Source of the DNA: Octopus vulgaris
Taxonomy: Eukaryota
Assembly (NCBI GenBank): GCA_951406725.2
Contig: OX597820.1
Coordinates: forward strand, 124,310,001 to 124,374,000
Length of the DNA stretch: 64,000 bases
Direction of reading: 5' to 3'
In this document: positions 14,136 to 29,773 of the stretch, in pieces
How the letters are laid out: each line of letters starts with the position of its first letter
How positions within the stretch are numbered: the stretch's first letter is position 1
Position numbers and translations under genes: made by a program
The notes under the pieces: model-generated
Told to the model about the DNA's origin: nothing
Database searches by the model: none
Seen by the model: the letters and a program-made list of their open reading frames with translations, nothing else

Positions 14136-15312
14136 GACATTACAGAAGTAAATAGACAGCATAAAACATCATATTATGTTCATTTCAAATTGAAATATTT
14201 TCTATTTTCTATTAATTGACATTTTTATGCTTCTATTTCTATGTGTGACTGTTAAATCATGCCACGTACAAAATAAACCTTGGAGGTATCCGTATTTCAA
14301 ACAGGCTGTATTGTGGGCCAATTTAACAGTGTACTTAGTGTAAAATTGCAGAAAACCTTGGGATCCGAATTTCTGCAGTTAAAAGAGTAATTGTGCAATT
14401 CAGTAGAGAAGGAAAGCAATCCACATCATATTGTCCAGGTCAACCCCCCACTCTGACAGCACCCTTTACTTTGTTAAGAGAAGTGTGGGTAACCCTCATT
14501 GCAAGGCCTTTGACAAAGCATGAAAATTTGATGTCAGTCCAAGCTGTCACCTATCTCCACAAACTTAGTTACTATTACAGGACAGCAAGAAGGACTCCAT
14601 TTCCTCGACCATCCAATACCAAGTAGAGAAAAGATTGAGCCAGTGAGATGGCGGTGAGTCTAAATTTTCTGACAGCAGGCAAGTGTGGATCTGCTATTCT
14701 GTAATAAAAAAAATTTGACGTGAATAGATTGTAAGCAACAATGACACACGGTGCCTATTCTGTGATGGTCTAGGGAGAAATTTGGAGCAATGGTTAATCA
14801 GAGCTGGTGTAGCGTGAAGAAAACATAAACTCAGATAAATATGTGTCCATATTTCAGAAAGACTCCTTCTCCAGTGTTGAAATCATTAAAGAAGACACTT
14901 TATTTATGGAAGGTGGGGCTCCTTGTCATACGGCTAATGAGACCCAGGATTGCATAGAAGACAATAACATTAAATATAATCCATGGCCAAGCCAGTCACC
15001 CGATATGAACCGTATTGAACACCTACAGGGTATAATGGACAGACAACTTCATAAAGCGAACGAGAAAGCATCCTCCCATTCAGATCTTTTGAGATTACTG
15101 CATAAAACTTGGTAAGAAATTCCTTAAGAGAATATTTGCCATCTCATCAGTAGCAAACCTAATAGGGTCCTTGCAGTGGAAAATGCAAAGGGCATGTCGT
15201 CTAAATATTAGATCTCTTACATTATAATAATAAATAAATAATTTGAATTTATAATTTCAGATTTAAAGAATTGTTAAGGATTATAAGCGTGTCTATTTTC
15301 TTTTGTCATGTA
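14136..15312 (+). mobile_element. degenerate Tc1-like DNA transposon
   Basis: ORF 14843-15115 has GAPCHT and WPSQSPDMNRIEHL (Tc1 DNAPxH / WPxxSPDLNPIE). Imperfect TIRs: gacattacagaagtaaatagaca (about 14136) and tgtctattttcttttgtcatgta (about 15290-15312). Confidence 0.8.
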
Positions 15313-15695
15313 TATATATATTCAAAACTATGTGCAGCAAACCAATTTTTTGCTGGTTATTTTTGTAGAAATTAGTTTCTATTTATTGAAAACATTTGGC
15401 TCAGATCGCTATCAATTTACGCATAGATTGATTTGTTGAAGATGACCTAAGTGAATTGTTAGTCAGTTTTCCACTACATTAGTGTGTAAGGGTCATTTAG
15501 CAGCCGAATGAGACGGTCAGGTTAAAGATTTTGTTCGCTAGATATGTCATATGATAGTTAGTACACAAGCTATGAACGATGAATGTCACGCGCGAATTTA
15601 GGGCTGGTTTAGAATTTGGGTTGTGCTCTCTGGCTGTGAGCAGGCATTACCTTATTTAGCCAAACCGTGATCACATGAATGTGTAATGTATGTAT

Positions 15696-15765
<70 letters not shown>

Positions 15766-16189
15766 GTGTGTATGTGTTTGTGTGTGTGTGTGTGTTTGTG
15801 TGTGTGTGTCTGTGTATGTGTATGTGTGTGTGTGTATGTGTATGTATATACCGCTTTAGTGAATTGTTTGGTTTTATAATCAAAAGAGAAATGACGTTAC
15901 TTTTAAACTGTTTGGAATTCGTAAATTTTATGAATAATTACAGATGAAAACTGCTGAAGAATCAGAAGTGCATGAATACTAAATATTTGGTTCTTAGATT
16001 TTCACAAGATCTATTTAAATATGTAATACGTACATAGCAAATATAAATATCGAAGGAGAGGGTTACAGAGAAATAATTGAGTGCGTGGGTGTTTAGGCGC
16101 GTGACTGCATGCACGTGTCATTACATGTGTAATAATCCACCCCACGCACGCGCATAGAGAATTGTGAAACCGAGTGAAAATAAAATACT

Positions 16190-17900
16190 ATGCTCAAAAT
16201 AAAATGCAATTAATGAACTTAAAAGAGAGATATGAATCACTTACATTGAAAAACACTTTTTTAAACGGCGAATCGTATATCATTGATGCTTGGTAGACTG
16301 TCCAGTCGTGGTTTGCATTTTTCTTTGGTAAACAAATTTTCTTTATTCGAGCGTCATCTGTGATATCGTTTGCCCATCGATAAATTGGGAAAGCAATAAT
16401 GTTTTGTCTAGTCCTAATATCTCGTATTTCGTGTCGGTCAATCATTAATCTCATTCTTAAGGTAAATTTGGTTTAACCAATCTAATCTTTGCTGCATCCA
16501 TTGCATTTCATGGCATATGTTAAAATTTTAAAGAACAAGTGAGATTTTTTCACTGTAAAACTTCTCGCGATTTAAATCTATATGATATGTCAATAAGTTT
16601 GTTACACTTTCCACAATTAGAATGGACAGATTTTAAGCGTCAGTGTTGGGTCCGTGGTCCGTAGATTTGCACTGGTAAATGTTGATAAATTCGATTTTCT
16701 TTTCCCCTTTTGTATGATTCCAGAGCATTTTCATTCTTGGGTTTTGAAACATTAATTGTATATTCCAATGGATAATGCCGAACGTTTAACTGTTTTAGTG
16801 TTTCTTCGTCTGTGTGTTGTAATTAAAATTTGAGTTTTGCGAGTATTCGAACTAATTTTAAACTTCCATAATTATTTACCATCGATTGCTTTGACCCGTG
16901 CTATACAAGTACCTATTATAATAAACTGGCTCTTTCTTATTTTAATCACAAAGTGTCTTTTATTCTGAATTTCCGGTTTGGATACAATTATTTGGACCCT
17001 TCTAGCTTGATTAAATAGAATATAGCTCTTAGTACATACCGGGTTGCACGAAGTGCATAGTAGGTACTGGTCAGAGTCTCTTGGCTTTTAGTGGATGTTG
17101 GTTTCTATGTTTCGTGTTAGTATTTATGATCAAATTGTCAAGGGATTCTACTTGGTTTTGGCTATATTTTATAGTGAAAAGAATACTCATATCTTTGCTT
17201 TGTAGTAGGGATTTGAAATCGTTGATTTCATCAAGATGTATGTGCAGAGAATGAGGCACCAAAGTATTTTTTAAAAATCTACTGGACAATTTTTTAAGTG
17301 GATACTGTAAACTGATTTGGTTTGTTCATACAACTGGATTTCTAGTTATGCCAAGACGATGTTGGCGTATGTTCTGGCAACTTTTATCCAAAAGAGTCTC
17401 AGATATTTGTTGATGGGAGTTTTCCTCGGAAATGAAGTTTTCTCTATGAATTTTAATCCCATTGTGATAACGTAATTATGCATTTTGTTCGGAATTCCAT
17501 TAGGAAATCTTAGCTAAAAAGATACAACTACCATCCCACTACTGCTCGTGTGGGATGGTAGTATAATGATTTATTATATCAAATGAACTGCAGATTTTAA
17601 CTTTTCTCTTAACGTTTCTCGGGAGATGGTTTAATACCTCTTGGAGATCTCTTAGAAAACTTGGTGTAGATTTTAGAAGAAGTTTTTAACAGTACGTCAA
17701 GGTATGCTAAGACTATGCATTTCACAGGCCGAACCTGTCATGATCGATCTTGAATTGAGGTCCTTTAGAAAGGATATAATTTTATAGACTGAGGATGATG
17801 GATTCCAAGGCGTCATAAATTGTTCTATTTTTTTGTTGATTTGGGGAATTCTGGTGAAGTTAGTGTTTCTGAATTATTACGTAAAGATCGCAATAGTATT
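16190..17900 (-). pseudogene. highly decayed Penelope-like RT region
   Basis: Minus-strand relics NSRSIMTGSACE (cf. RPIVAGPxC), SFDI..SLY and ARTYANIVL (cf. APTYANL) in RT order, with many stops. Confidence 0.6.
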
Positions 17901-18655
17901 TGTACACAATTGTTTTGTTAATACTGCGTGTACGATAACTTACTTAATTTTTAATATAACTTAATTTCGATGAGCTAAGCAAATTTTTTGGTGACGAAAG
18001 GATGCCACAGAATGTACAACATAGAGTGATTCCAATATTTTTGAGCAACAATGCTAGTCCCATAATTTTAAAGGTTTATTACGACATTCTGCAACCATTT
18101 TGCGTGTGCGCATTTTTCAATACTATTTTCGTACTTTTTAAGGCAACGTTTGTAATATTTTCTATATATGCCGTATTTCTCCTAATAATCTGGTAGCGTT
18201 GAACAAAATCACACTCAAACGCCCACCAATTAAAATAGTGTGACTATCACAATATCAAAAAAGCTCCGATAAAATCGATTATAATTATCGTATATGTTTA
18301 TCATAGGGAGATAGACTGAACAGCAGCTACCATATTATAAACCGTATTATAAAGAAATGTGTTTTTAAAAATATCAATAATATTAATATTTAGAAAATTA
18401 TTTGTAAAATCTAAAGCGACATACCATGCAACGAAGAAGGCCAAAATGAGTAACACGAAATTATCGATGAGAGCTACATACCACCCTATCACTCATTGGT
18501 TAATGATGATTGAAAATTAACCAATAAAACGCAATCACCACGTAAACGGTGACGGCCACCTTACACTTTCATTCGCAACCTAAGTATATATATTGTCAGA
18601 CACACAGTAGACACGACTATAACAGTCTGTTGTTAGTCACTGCGTACCTGACAGA

Positions 18656-18725
<70 letters not shown>

Positions 18726-19652
18726 TATATATACGTCATATAATTGCGTGTTTGTTTATGTGTGCGTAATACTTTCGTCTGGATTAGTTATAGTAATGAA
18801 ACACGTTCCAATGGTGTGTAGATACATGCGTATAATTTACATCACCTAAGATTAAGACATTGTAGCAGGCTTTTAACGGTTTGATGTCGTTTTGTTGAGA
18901 TATTCAAGACTTTATGTGCGCAGTGGAAATATGCCAAATGAAAATCTATTTCCAATATATTGCTTCATCGGGAAGTTAATAAGAAATTTGCTTCTCATAT
19001 AAATTAATAATAATTTCATTAAATACGAATTTATGGAGAGGAAATTACATATTGTAAGGTGCATATTTTATTCATAAGCAATTTCGTTTGATTTGATAGC
19101 AGCTTTGCGCATTTATATCACGTCAACCTCGCGTTGTTTATATTGTAAAGGCGTATTTCACCAACGGAGAATCGGCAGTTGTCTTGGGATATGTTACATA
19201 ATTTGAAGGCTTCTATCGCACGCAAGCATTGTCGACTTTATGTTTCGCCTCACGAAATTCTTTAATCATCCTCTTTTCAAGCTATCATTAATTATTTAAC
19301 GAGATGTTACTGACAGGATAACCTTGGGGATATGAAAAGTGAATAAAGACAACGATGTAAAACGTTACAATTCCGGATCCATCAGTATCTTTAATATTGT
19401 TTGAAGCAATGTTTATATCCTTTGCATTAGTAAATGAAAATCGTTTGAAATCGCACGTTTCTATAAAAAATATATCTCATTTTCTGAAATATGAAGAAAT
19501 ATTTTTTTTATATAATGACACCAGTCCCACCCTGGATATACAAATTCTACATATTTTTATGAATATTCATTTTCCTATGCCGATTGAAAAATATTCCGCC
19601 TGTTAAATTTTCAATCTACTCCATTTCACCAACATATAAGTACTCCATATCG

Positions 19653-20043
19653 TATACGTGAGTTGTCAGAAAAGCGACAATGTTAGGTGCGGTGTGTTAG
19701 CTATGGGCTACGGTTTATGAGCTATAGAGATTAGAAGGGGCGAGAATTGTTACAGGGCAACTCGGCGTTTGTCTACCACGACTACACGCAAGTTTTCAAT
19801 GCCCTGTGCATCCTGCAATGCCTTGTTGAGAACAACGCAGGTTGGAGAACCTCTCTGCTCACCTGACCTAGCTTCGTGTGACGTTTTCTTTCCCACAATC
19901 TCTAGGGGGTTACCAAGGTGACCCATTTTTCTGGCGTGAAAAACTCTTAACAGAGCCATGCAACGAGCTGCAGACAATCCCGGCAGAACTCTATCAGGAG
20001 TGCCATTAATCTGCACAGGAGGATTTCTCGGCCAAACTCTATA
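19653..20043 (+). mobile_element. mariner transposon relic (internally deleted)
   Basis: cctctctgctcacctgacctagcttcgtgtgacgttttc encodes a PxSPDLAxCD(F)-like mariner motif. Confidence 0.5.
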
Positions 20044-20110
20044 GTTAAATTCACTTGCTAAAGGTGGTAGGTACGCTGTTCTTCGGAAACAAACATTTTA
20101 TCATACAACC

Positions 20111-20188
<78 letters not shown>

Positions 20189-21457
20189 GTGTGTGTGTGT
20201 ATCTCTGTATGTCTGTGTGTGTTTTTGTGTATAGGTGAGCTGATTGTTTCAAAGCAAAATGGATTAAAGGGGTGAAAAATGTCTTAAGTTTTTGTAGATA
20301 AACCTGCATCATGCTAAATACACGTCTCTTGATCAGTCTTATACGTCAAGTAATTCAGAACCACATTTATCACTCCTAAGATTTGTTATTCTGTAGTTCC
20401 AACAACTAGTTTATAAGGTACGTTTTAACAGAGTGATACATAAAATAGGTAGAAATAATTGGATATATGAATTTATCTATTCGTTATAAGTTTACAGCTG
20501 TTTCAGATATGCGCATGAAAGCGTTCATGGTTACAGCTTATCAATCGATCGATTGATGAACTGCAAGTATAGGGAATTAGCAGCTCGAAGTTGTCTTCTT
20601 CATAGGCAAAACAAATTCACTACGAATGAAAAAGAAGAAATGAGAAAGAAAATAATTACACCAATGTGGTATTTTATAACGGTTTAGTTAATCTACTTTT
20701 AGTATTTGACGCTAAGCCAGTTCGCTCTTACCGCGGGTGAAAAGTATTTACATCCAGTAAAAAAGTTTGATACTTTACCATTTTGTTTGACCATTGACAG
20801 ACTGATAGTGAAAACTACTATATTTTGGAATGTGCCAAGGGAATATACGCAGAGATAGAAACTAACCGCTGCCCGGGAACTACTTACCACTTTAAAACTG
20901 AAATGTTAAAGTCTATATATTTGCTACGGCTTCATATAAATATAAAGATTTAAAGTTAATGGTTAAGAATCAGGAATTAGAAATAAGGTGTAACAAGTAA
21001 AGTGAGAATAGGTATACGACTACGTTAGAATTGTTTTGACTCTGAAGAAAACACTTTCGATTTCCTGGGTCACTATATTCCCAAATGATCAAACGACCGA
21101 TGCATTAGATTGAACCATGGACGCACCCAATCGCATATCTAAACAATTGTAAGCAGATAATAATTAGATGAATGTATACAACCCATTATTTATGTCTGTC
21201 TCTCTCTCTCGGGAAGTAGACACTTGGTACTTCTGAGGTTCCGCTCACTGTAAAAGATATGTAGCCTGGCCTGGATTTTATCTTAACTCTAGTACTCTTA
21301 ATCGCATACCCGGCAATCCTGGTTGCCTACCGCGAAATATTAAAAATCCACAAACTTTCCTCTAAATAATCCACTATTGTCCCCGAAAGATTTTAAAAAA
21401 TATAGTTACTACGGATTGCTTGCATTTGACTTTCTTCCAACATCTCAATCCTTGGAT

Positions 21458-21515
<58 letters not shown>

Positions 21516-21516
<1 letters not shown>

Positions 21517-21800
21517 TAGCAGAGATACCCGGTTTTGCCCGTGTCACGTGGAATTAAAGAGATTTTGACTTTTCTTTTATATTTTCTCTAATGAACTGGA
21601 ATAGATATGATTCCAAGATCACCAAAGTTGCAGATTAAGAACTTTAATGTGGGTTCTTTCTCTCTTTACGCAACATAAGAAAAATTCTAATCATGACATT
21701 CTAGACATAACCTGTGGAATTGATCCCCTATAAATCAGTTGAAAATATATACATATGTACATATTTATGGAGACAGAGAGAGTTAGCAGTTTTAGTAACC
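21516..21800 (-). mobile_element. non-autonomous Helitron-like 3' end
   Basis: a|ctagcagagatacccggttttgcccg is the reverse complement of a GC hairpin followed by CTAG|T. The far boundary is uncertain. Confidence 0.5.
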
Positions 21801-22053
21801 GACTAAGGAATAAAAAAAATATCAGTATGTACTATCGGTATCCGTTACAAGTTTTATCCCCGGGCAATGGCGTGCAGGGACACCATATACGTCGAACGCA
21901 AAAGTTTATCAGGAACCAATGCAAATAATTAGAAAACAGAGAAAAACATAAATTAAGCAGTACATTGATAGGATCACATTTAAAGCTTGTTTATTGATGC
22001 AAACTTAAAAGCCGTGTCTCATTAAAATTCCTACAATGCAGTCTATTAAAAAA

Positions 22054-22807
22054 TCTCTCTCTCTATAAAAGACAGTTTGTCTGTCTGTGTGTCTGTCAGG
22101 TTGTACCCTCACCCTGACCACGGCTTTCAACCGATTCTGATGAAACTTGACACACACATAGCCCAATGTCATAATTGAAAACTAACGCAGCGAAAATTTT
22201 GAAAAGTTCCCCCGGTTGTGAAAAAGATCGACATGGGTTCGAGAATCTAAGCTTATCATATGCAACACATTTTCCGTTGTAGTTTTCGCAACTTGCAAGT
22301 GATTTTCATCAAACTCATGGTGAAGCTTAATGCTACTCTAAGGAACTTAATTCCATGCAATACCTTACCATCAGAAAAAATCGATAAAATCAGGCCATTT
22401 TGGGAAATGGCGTTCAAATTCAAGATGATATATTTTCGACAATATCTTTAACAAATTGGCAGGAGTTTTTTTTAAATTCACAGCGAGCATCATCTCTGCT
22501 CCAAGGAACTATATGGCCCTTTTGATTCCAATAGGATACGTTATTACTGCAAAAAATTGGTTAATTACATCATATGTGGCACACATAGCAAACCGATTTT
22601 TCTGCGATATTTTTTGAAAGTTCACATAGATTTTCCCTACTTCTTCATGCATGCAAGGGAACGATGCCTTGAATGCCTAAATGCCTTTTAGGCTTCATCT
22701 TACAAAATAGCGGTTCATTGGGTACAAAAAAAGGTAAAAAAGGTAAAGGGCATTGCCTATCGAGAAAGTTTCTTACATAGCCGGGCAACGCCGGGTTATG
22801 TTGCTAG
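22054..22807 (+). mobile_element. non-autonomous Helitron
   Basis: 5' A|TC(tctc..tataaaa) start, gtctgtctg microsatellite near the 5' end, and a 3' ccgggcaacgccggg hairpin followed by CTAG|T. Confidence 0.75.
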
Positions 22808-23185
22808 TGCAAGAATAAACTTCATCTTCATAAGGCATTAAAATTAAGGCAACCGAACTTCATCAGAGTGAAAAACAAGAGCGAACAATATAAGCAAAAG
22901 GGAGAAGGGAGAAGTAAGAAAGCATGGTCTAGAAAATAGTCTAAAACACCAATATGTTAAGAGCACCTAATTATTTACCATTGGACCTCAGAGAACATAG
23001 TTGAGAGAATCAGCTATTCTCGCATTTATGAACAGACTGCATTCTGGGAACTTTGATCAGAAACAGGTCTTAGCTTTGTTATGTCTTGCCTTGTATCAAT
23101 AAGCAAGCATTAAAAGTGGTCCTATCAATGTACCGGTTAATCTGTGTTTTTCCCCATTTTCTAGTTACTTGTATATGTATGTATG

Positions 23186-23243
<58 letters not shown>

Positions 23244-23267
23244 TACATACATACATAGCTATTCCAG

Positions 23268-23317
<50 letters not shown>

Positions 23318-23347
23318 TACATACATACATAGCTATTCCAGTTCTTT

Positions 23348-23395
<48 letters not shown>

Positions 23396-23986
23396 TAAGA
23401 CTAAAAGTGTAAATAGGGGAAAGTAAAAACAACAAATAAAATGCACACGCTCGGTATAAAAATAAGAGCTTTTTCTTTTATAAAAAAAAAAAAGATATAT
23501 AGTTGCCCAATAAATGAGGAGCGACGGGATTAAGAACTATGGAAATCATTATCATGAACACGCAACTCAATACAGGACACTACTAATCTTACTAATACCA
23601 ATATTCCCTCAAACCCTCATATTTCCTATACACCATTCATACACTATTATTCATATTAACCTAATTACACCACTTCTTCTCCTGCTTACCTCCTTAGCAT
23701 GCCATCTTTTCACTCAGGTACTGTTTTATTCAACACCATTTGGAAATCGGTGTTGATTCAAAGATAGTGAACAGCGTTGACGTAACCGGTATGCCTTTCT
23801 ATATTGACTCGTGATAAGGATTTTTATACCTATTAATTCCACCTTCAATCAATTATTTGTATGTATATATCTCCGTTTTTATTTAAAAAGCCATTTATTT
23901 TATACCAGTGTGCATTTTATTTGTTTCTTTTTTACCTTTCCCGCACACACACACACATACGCACACACACACACACACATACACTT

Positions 23987-24039
<53 letters not shown>

Positions 24040-25206
24040 AAAGTACATACATATATATGCCTCCCACGTAAATATATATATAGATATATATATTTATATG
24101 CGTTTGTATATATAAATATGTATATCTTTGTACACACACACATACCTACATACATATATATATATCCATATATTTTATATCCATACTTATATGCACATAT
24201 ACACAGACATAGACACACACACACACCTACACATATGCGCGCGTACGCACGTATATATAAATAATAGAGAAACACATACGATTCTTTGAAATAAAGTTTC
24301 GCGTGCGTAAGTGTGGCCAAACTCATTAAACTTCGGAAAACTCCGAAACACGATTGCCCTTTTAGGCTATGTTGCATAAATCATTCGACTTTGTGGGTTT
24401 GGCAATAAACGAACCAGAAAAGATACATAATACGTGATAAAACATATGGCATAATAAATCATGCTCTGAGCGAATATATATTTATCATTGGTCTGAAATA
24501 ACTTAACGTCAGAGTATAAAATCTATAGGGAGAACATAGAATCTTGTCAACCAAAATATCCAAATTTCAAGCTATTTGTACTATTTCATTCATCTTTGAA
24601 GAATATATTATTTATATACACATGTGTTTGCGTCCGTAGATACATATATACGTACATGAATATGTATATGTGTATATATGCGTGTGTGCCTGTCCGTTTC
24701 TATGAATATGTGAATATATATTTTTACATACATAGAGTAATATATACATAGAACTATATACATAGATTTATATAGGCACGGGTATGATTGCACACACACA
24801 CAGACAAACAGACATAGACACATACACACAAACACATACACACACACAAACACAAGAACTCATTAGTACACGTATATTAATTGTTTACGTAACATGCTTC
24901 AACCGTGAATGGCATATGTTTTGACAGCCAAACAGTTTTAAAGAATTTGAAACTCACGGTGAAACTACATTTCCTACCATGGTTTCTTAGTTGTGTATGT
25001 ATAGATACACATTCATGTAATTTATATATGTGTACTTATATCGCAAAGTCATTTGCCTTATCAGTTAGCATGTTGGAAATAGCATCTCACTCATCTTTAT
25101 TCTAGTCAGCTCTGCTAAAATGAGGCCCTAACTAAAGCAGATACAGACCAGCTGAGTTAGGTCACACTTTCGACGCTAAAGCGTGTGACAGCCGAAAATA
25201 TACGCA

Positions 25207-25546
25207 TGAGCTGGCAGAAACGTTAGCACGCCGGACTAAATGCTTAGCGGTATTTCGTCCGCTGCTGCGTCCTGGGTTCAAAATCGATATAATCGACTTA
25301 ATCTGTTTATCTGTCCTTGTTTGTCCCCTCTATGTTTAGCCCCTTGCGGGTAGTAAAGAAATAGGTATTTCGTCCGCTGCTGCGTTCTGAGTTCATATTC
25401 CGCCAAGGTCGACTTTGCCTTTCATCCTTTCTGGGTCGATAAATTAAGTACCAGTTACGCACTGGGGTTGACGTAATCGACTTAATCTGTTTATCTGTCC
25501 TTATTTGTCCCCTCTGTGTTTAGCCCAGTGTGGGTAGTAAAGAAAT
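25207..25546 (+). mobile_element. tRNA-derived SINE with Nin/Deu-like domain, internally duplicated
   Basis: gagctggcagaaacgttagcacgccgg head and gtcgactttgcctttcatcctttctgggtcgataaattaagtaccag domain. The tail block occurs twice (25290-25362, 25473-25546). Confidence 0.75.
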
Positions 25547-26022
25547 ATATTAGGACATTTAGGGCTGATAGTGAATGCTCAGAACATGCAATTAGCTGTT
25601 AAATCATCTTCGGTATCAACAAGTTAAATAAACATGAATTGGATTACTTCCTAGAGTTTAGTTTGTCACTAAAACTAATTTTGTTAAATCGAAAATATTT
25701 TCTCTGAACGGAGAATGTATAATAGTAGTTATTGAAGGAATTTGCTTCTTTAATATTTATTGAAAATATTTATTTATCAATTCTCATTTTTTGATATCTA
25801 CACACCATCTCTGTTTATGTATGCTCTGTCTAAAACAATCTGTCATGCACACGTATAATATCAAACACGCATCTGAATACGTGGGAGTATATATTATATA
25901 AATACACAAAAAACATACGCACGCACACACACACATACACAACACATACAAATGTTTGTTTCTATATATATGTATATATCGATCTTTATTTCTCTCTTTC
26001 ATTTCCTCTCTCTCGCTCTCTC

Positions 26023-26094
<72 letters not shown>

Positions 26095-27149
26095 TATATA
26101 TATGAGTGCGCGCGCGTGTGTCTGTGTGTGTGTGAGTGTGTGTTTGTGTTTGCGTATCAAGGAAATACAGAAAACATATTTCGCATTTTGTAGATATTAA
26201 TTCATACATGCATTTCGGCAAATAAAGTGGCTGTATTACTTAATTTCTTTTTCGATATCTCACGATATTTTTCAAAAAGTTACTCAGTGTTTAGCAAAAA
26301 CTTCTAAATATGATGTTAAGAGCGCAGTACATATCTCCGTTATGCAAATTATCAAAAACATCAGTGAAGTGCCGAAGCCAAATAAAAGCCATGCCTTTTC
26401 GTACCCCAATGAGAAGATTCACATATCCACTCGTACACAATCGTATCTAGTTACATGTATGTAAAACGGTGGAGAGAAGTGAAAAAGAAACAAACAATTT
26501 CACCTCCAGCATCAACAACTCCAACAACAAAATCAAGGCCAACGCTGTTAGCCCCATCGACCTCACCAACAAAAATCACAATAGATCCTCAATAATAACA
26601 ATAGCAAAAATAGAAGGTTCTGTATGAGCAGCCCCTGGCATAAACTTAGATCGAGAAAGAAATGGGACAGTTAGTGTGAAAATACCAAATCTGGCTTTAA
26701 CAGCCTTATAAGAACAATTCATTCTTAAAGTCAATACGGCAAACAGTATGTTTACTGATATGCCCGAGGCAAAAGAATGTAGGAAATCATATGTCCCACA
26801 CCGGTCAAAGCCCAATGAGTATTCACACATTCCGACTCATACGCAAAATATCTTATAGCGACTTCTAAACGAATGTGTTACAAATGACTTAAATAATACA
26901 CACACACATACTCACACACACTCACACACACATATAAACCCACGCATCATATTTTAATCATATAAATATTAAATATAATACAAAGGAGGTATTCCTGTAT
27001 GGTTAAAAAAGCTCGCCCTCAAACCACGAGGTTTCCAGTTCATTCCCAATGTGCGGAAGTTCGGCAAATTATATTCTACTTTATTCTCTGACCGGCCAAA
27101 GGTTTGTGAGTGAATACTGTTGAAGGAAACTATGTGGAATCCCGTCATG

Positions 27150-27570
27150 TATCAGGCCATTCCATAAGTTGTGCCCGAATTTTGAATGAAGAAAACGAGT
27201 GATCGAATGTTAAATTTAACTGAAATTTTATCATCTACGACTTCCTTCCATCTATTTGCAAACATTTTAATCCCATCAATGTAAATCTCTTTTGGTTTCA
27301 AAGCGAAGAACTCTGAAATGTCAGCTTCGACCTCCTCCTGGTTTGCGAAATGATTCTGTAAACTACGAAACAAATGGTAGTCTGATGGAGCAAGGACGGG
27401 AGAATAAGGTGGATGGGGAATTTTTTCCATATAGATCTTTGATATTCTGTGATGTGATCTTTGCAGTGTGGGCTCGCGCATCGTCTTGATGAAACATGAC
27501 TCCTTTTCGATTCACTGAAGATGGTTGTTTTTTCTCCAAAGCTTGGTTCAAACGCTCTAATTGCTAAAAG
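27150..27570 (-). mobile_element. mariner (DD34D) transposase 3' fragment with terminal repeat
   Basis: RKGVMFHQDDARAHTA and HPPYSPVLAPSDYHLFRSLQNH motifs, frameshifted. Ends at ta|tcaggccattccataag. Confidence 0.85.
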
Positions 27571-27685
27571 TAAACTTTCAATACAGTAACCCTAAGAGAA
27601 TCACACCAAACCACAGTACATACCCAAGGCACACAGAGCTGCGGTCGGTAGTGAAGTGAAAGCACGCTATGAAAATAAAACTATT

Positions 27686-28062
<377 letters not shown>

Positions 28063-28625
28063 AAAACAATTTGTTCATCTTCAGGCAACAGTATACAGAA
28101 ATTATAGGGGTAGTAAGACCTGAAGATTAGTTAAATTGGAACTATGTGTATTACAGCTTATATAACAAACATCGCTTTTGCTATGAAACATTCGTAGTCT
28201 GATCAATTCCTAACTTCCTCTTAATTTACACACACACTCACACACACATACACTGAGGCTTGTTTGCCAAAAATTTCTTTGAAAATATCTTTTTTGTTTC
28301 TGGGGATATTATAATCCTGGCGTGTACCGGTTTTATGCTAGTATCGATTAATGATTCTGGTTATCGTTCGTGTCCTTATGCACTAACGTTCACGGTTGGT
28401 CAGTACTTTCCACTTCTGAAAATTCAGTTGTCCCTATACACACTGAAAACGTGAATATTCTGTGTATTCTCTGTTTTCTATATATACACATATTTGTATA
28501 TGTACACGTGTATGAATCTAAGTGTCTGTTTATCTATCTGTGTGTTGTGCGTGCGTGTATACTATGTGTGTGCATGTGTGTGTGTGTATGTATGTATGTA
28601 TGTCTATACATCTATATACATATGT

Positions 28626-29007
28626 GGAGGCGCAATGGCCCAGTGGTTAGAGCAGCGGACTCGCGGTCGTAGGATCACGGTTTCGATTCCCAGACCGGGC
28701 GTTGTGGGTGTTTATTGAGCGAAAACACCTAAAGCTCAACGAGGCTCCGGCAGGGGATGGTGGTGATCCCTGCTGTACTCTTTCACCACAACTTTCTCTC
28801 ACTCTTACTTCCTGTTTCTGTTGTACCAGTATTTCAAAGGGCCGGCCTTGTCACTCTCTGCGTCACGCTGAATATCCCCGAGAACTACGTTAAGGGTACA
28901 CGTGTCTGTAGAGTGCTCAGCCACTTACACGTTAATTTCACGAGCAGGCTGTTCCGTTGATTCGGATCAACCGGAACCCTCGTCGTCGTAACCGACGGAG
29001 TGCTTCC
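28626..29007 (+). mobile_element. tRNA-derived SINE, well preserved
   Basis: Box A tggcccagtggttag and box B ggtttcgattccc, followed by a non-tRNA body. Flanked by a long direct duplication. Confidence 0.85.
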
Positions 29008-29714
29008 ATATGTACACGTGTATCAATCTAAGTGCCTGTTTATCTATCTGTGTGTTGTGCGTGCGTGTATAATATGTGCGTGTATAATATGTGCGTGTGT
29101 ATGTGTGTATGTATGTCTATACATATATATACATGTATTTTTATATCTACACATGTTTATTATCAAAGTGTGTTAATACATTTTATGCATTTTGTCTGAA
29201 ACATATGATGTTTATCGGGTATCAATCAGACGAAAGAGAGTTGAATAAATTGAGATGCAAGATAGTATGTTTAATGCTCCAAAGATGTTATAGTGCGTTG
29301 GTAGCTGTGTATATAAAATGGCTTGAGGAATAGAGAGTGAATGAGTGGGTGAGAGAGTTGAAAGAGACCAGCTTTCTGAAGTTAAAACATTATATATTCA
29401 TATGTTACTAGTGATATGGATAATATTGACATTTATATGATTCAGTAAATTAATAACATATTGCTCCTTAACTAACACTGACGTTTTTAAACGTTCTTAT
29501 ATCCCCGTTAGGTTATTGTGACATCACTGTAAAATGAACGACTTAGAACTGGTTGATAGCGTAGGTTGATCTTTCATACGATTTGAATTAGGGTAATAAT
29601 AATAATTATAGTAGTAATAGAGGTAGGTAGTAGTAGTAGTAGTAGTAGAACTAGTAGTCATATTAGTAGTAGTAGTAATAGTAGTAGCAGCAGCAGCAGC
29701 AGTAGTATCGATTT

Positions 29715-29773
<59 letters not shown>

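Noticed and set aside
22136-22150. ctgatgaaac as a hammerhead core
   Set aside because: No stem II between the core halves and no flanking stem I. It is part of the Helitron body.
28626-28700. Functional tRNA gene
   Set aside because: A and B boxes are present, but the sequence runs into a SINE body without a proper acceptor stem or T-run terminator.
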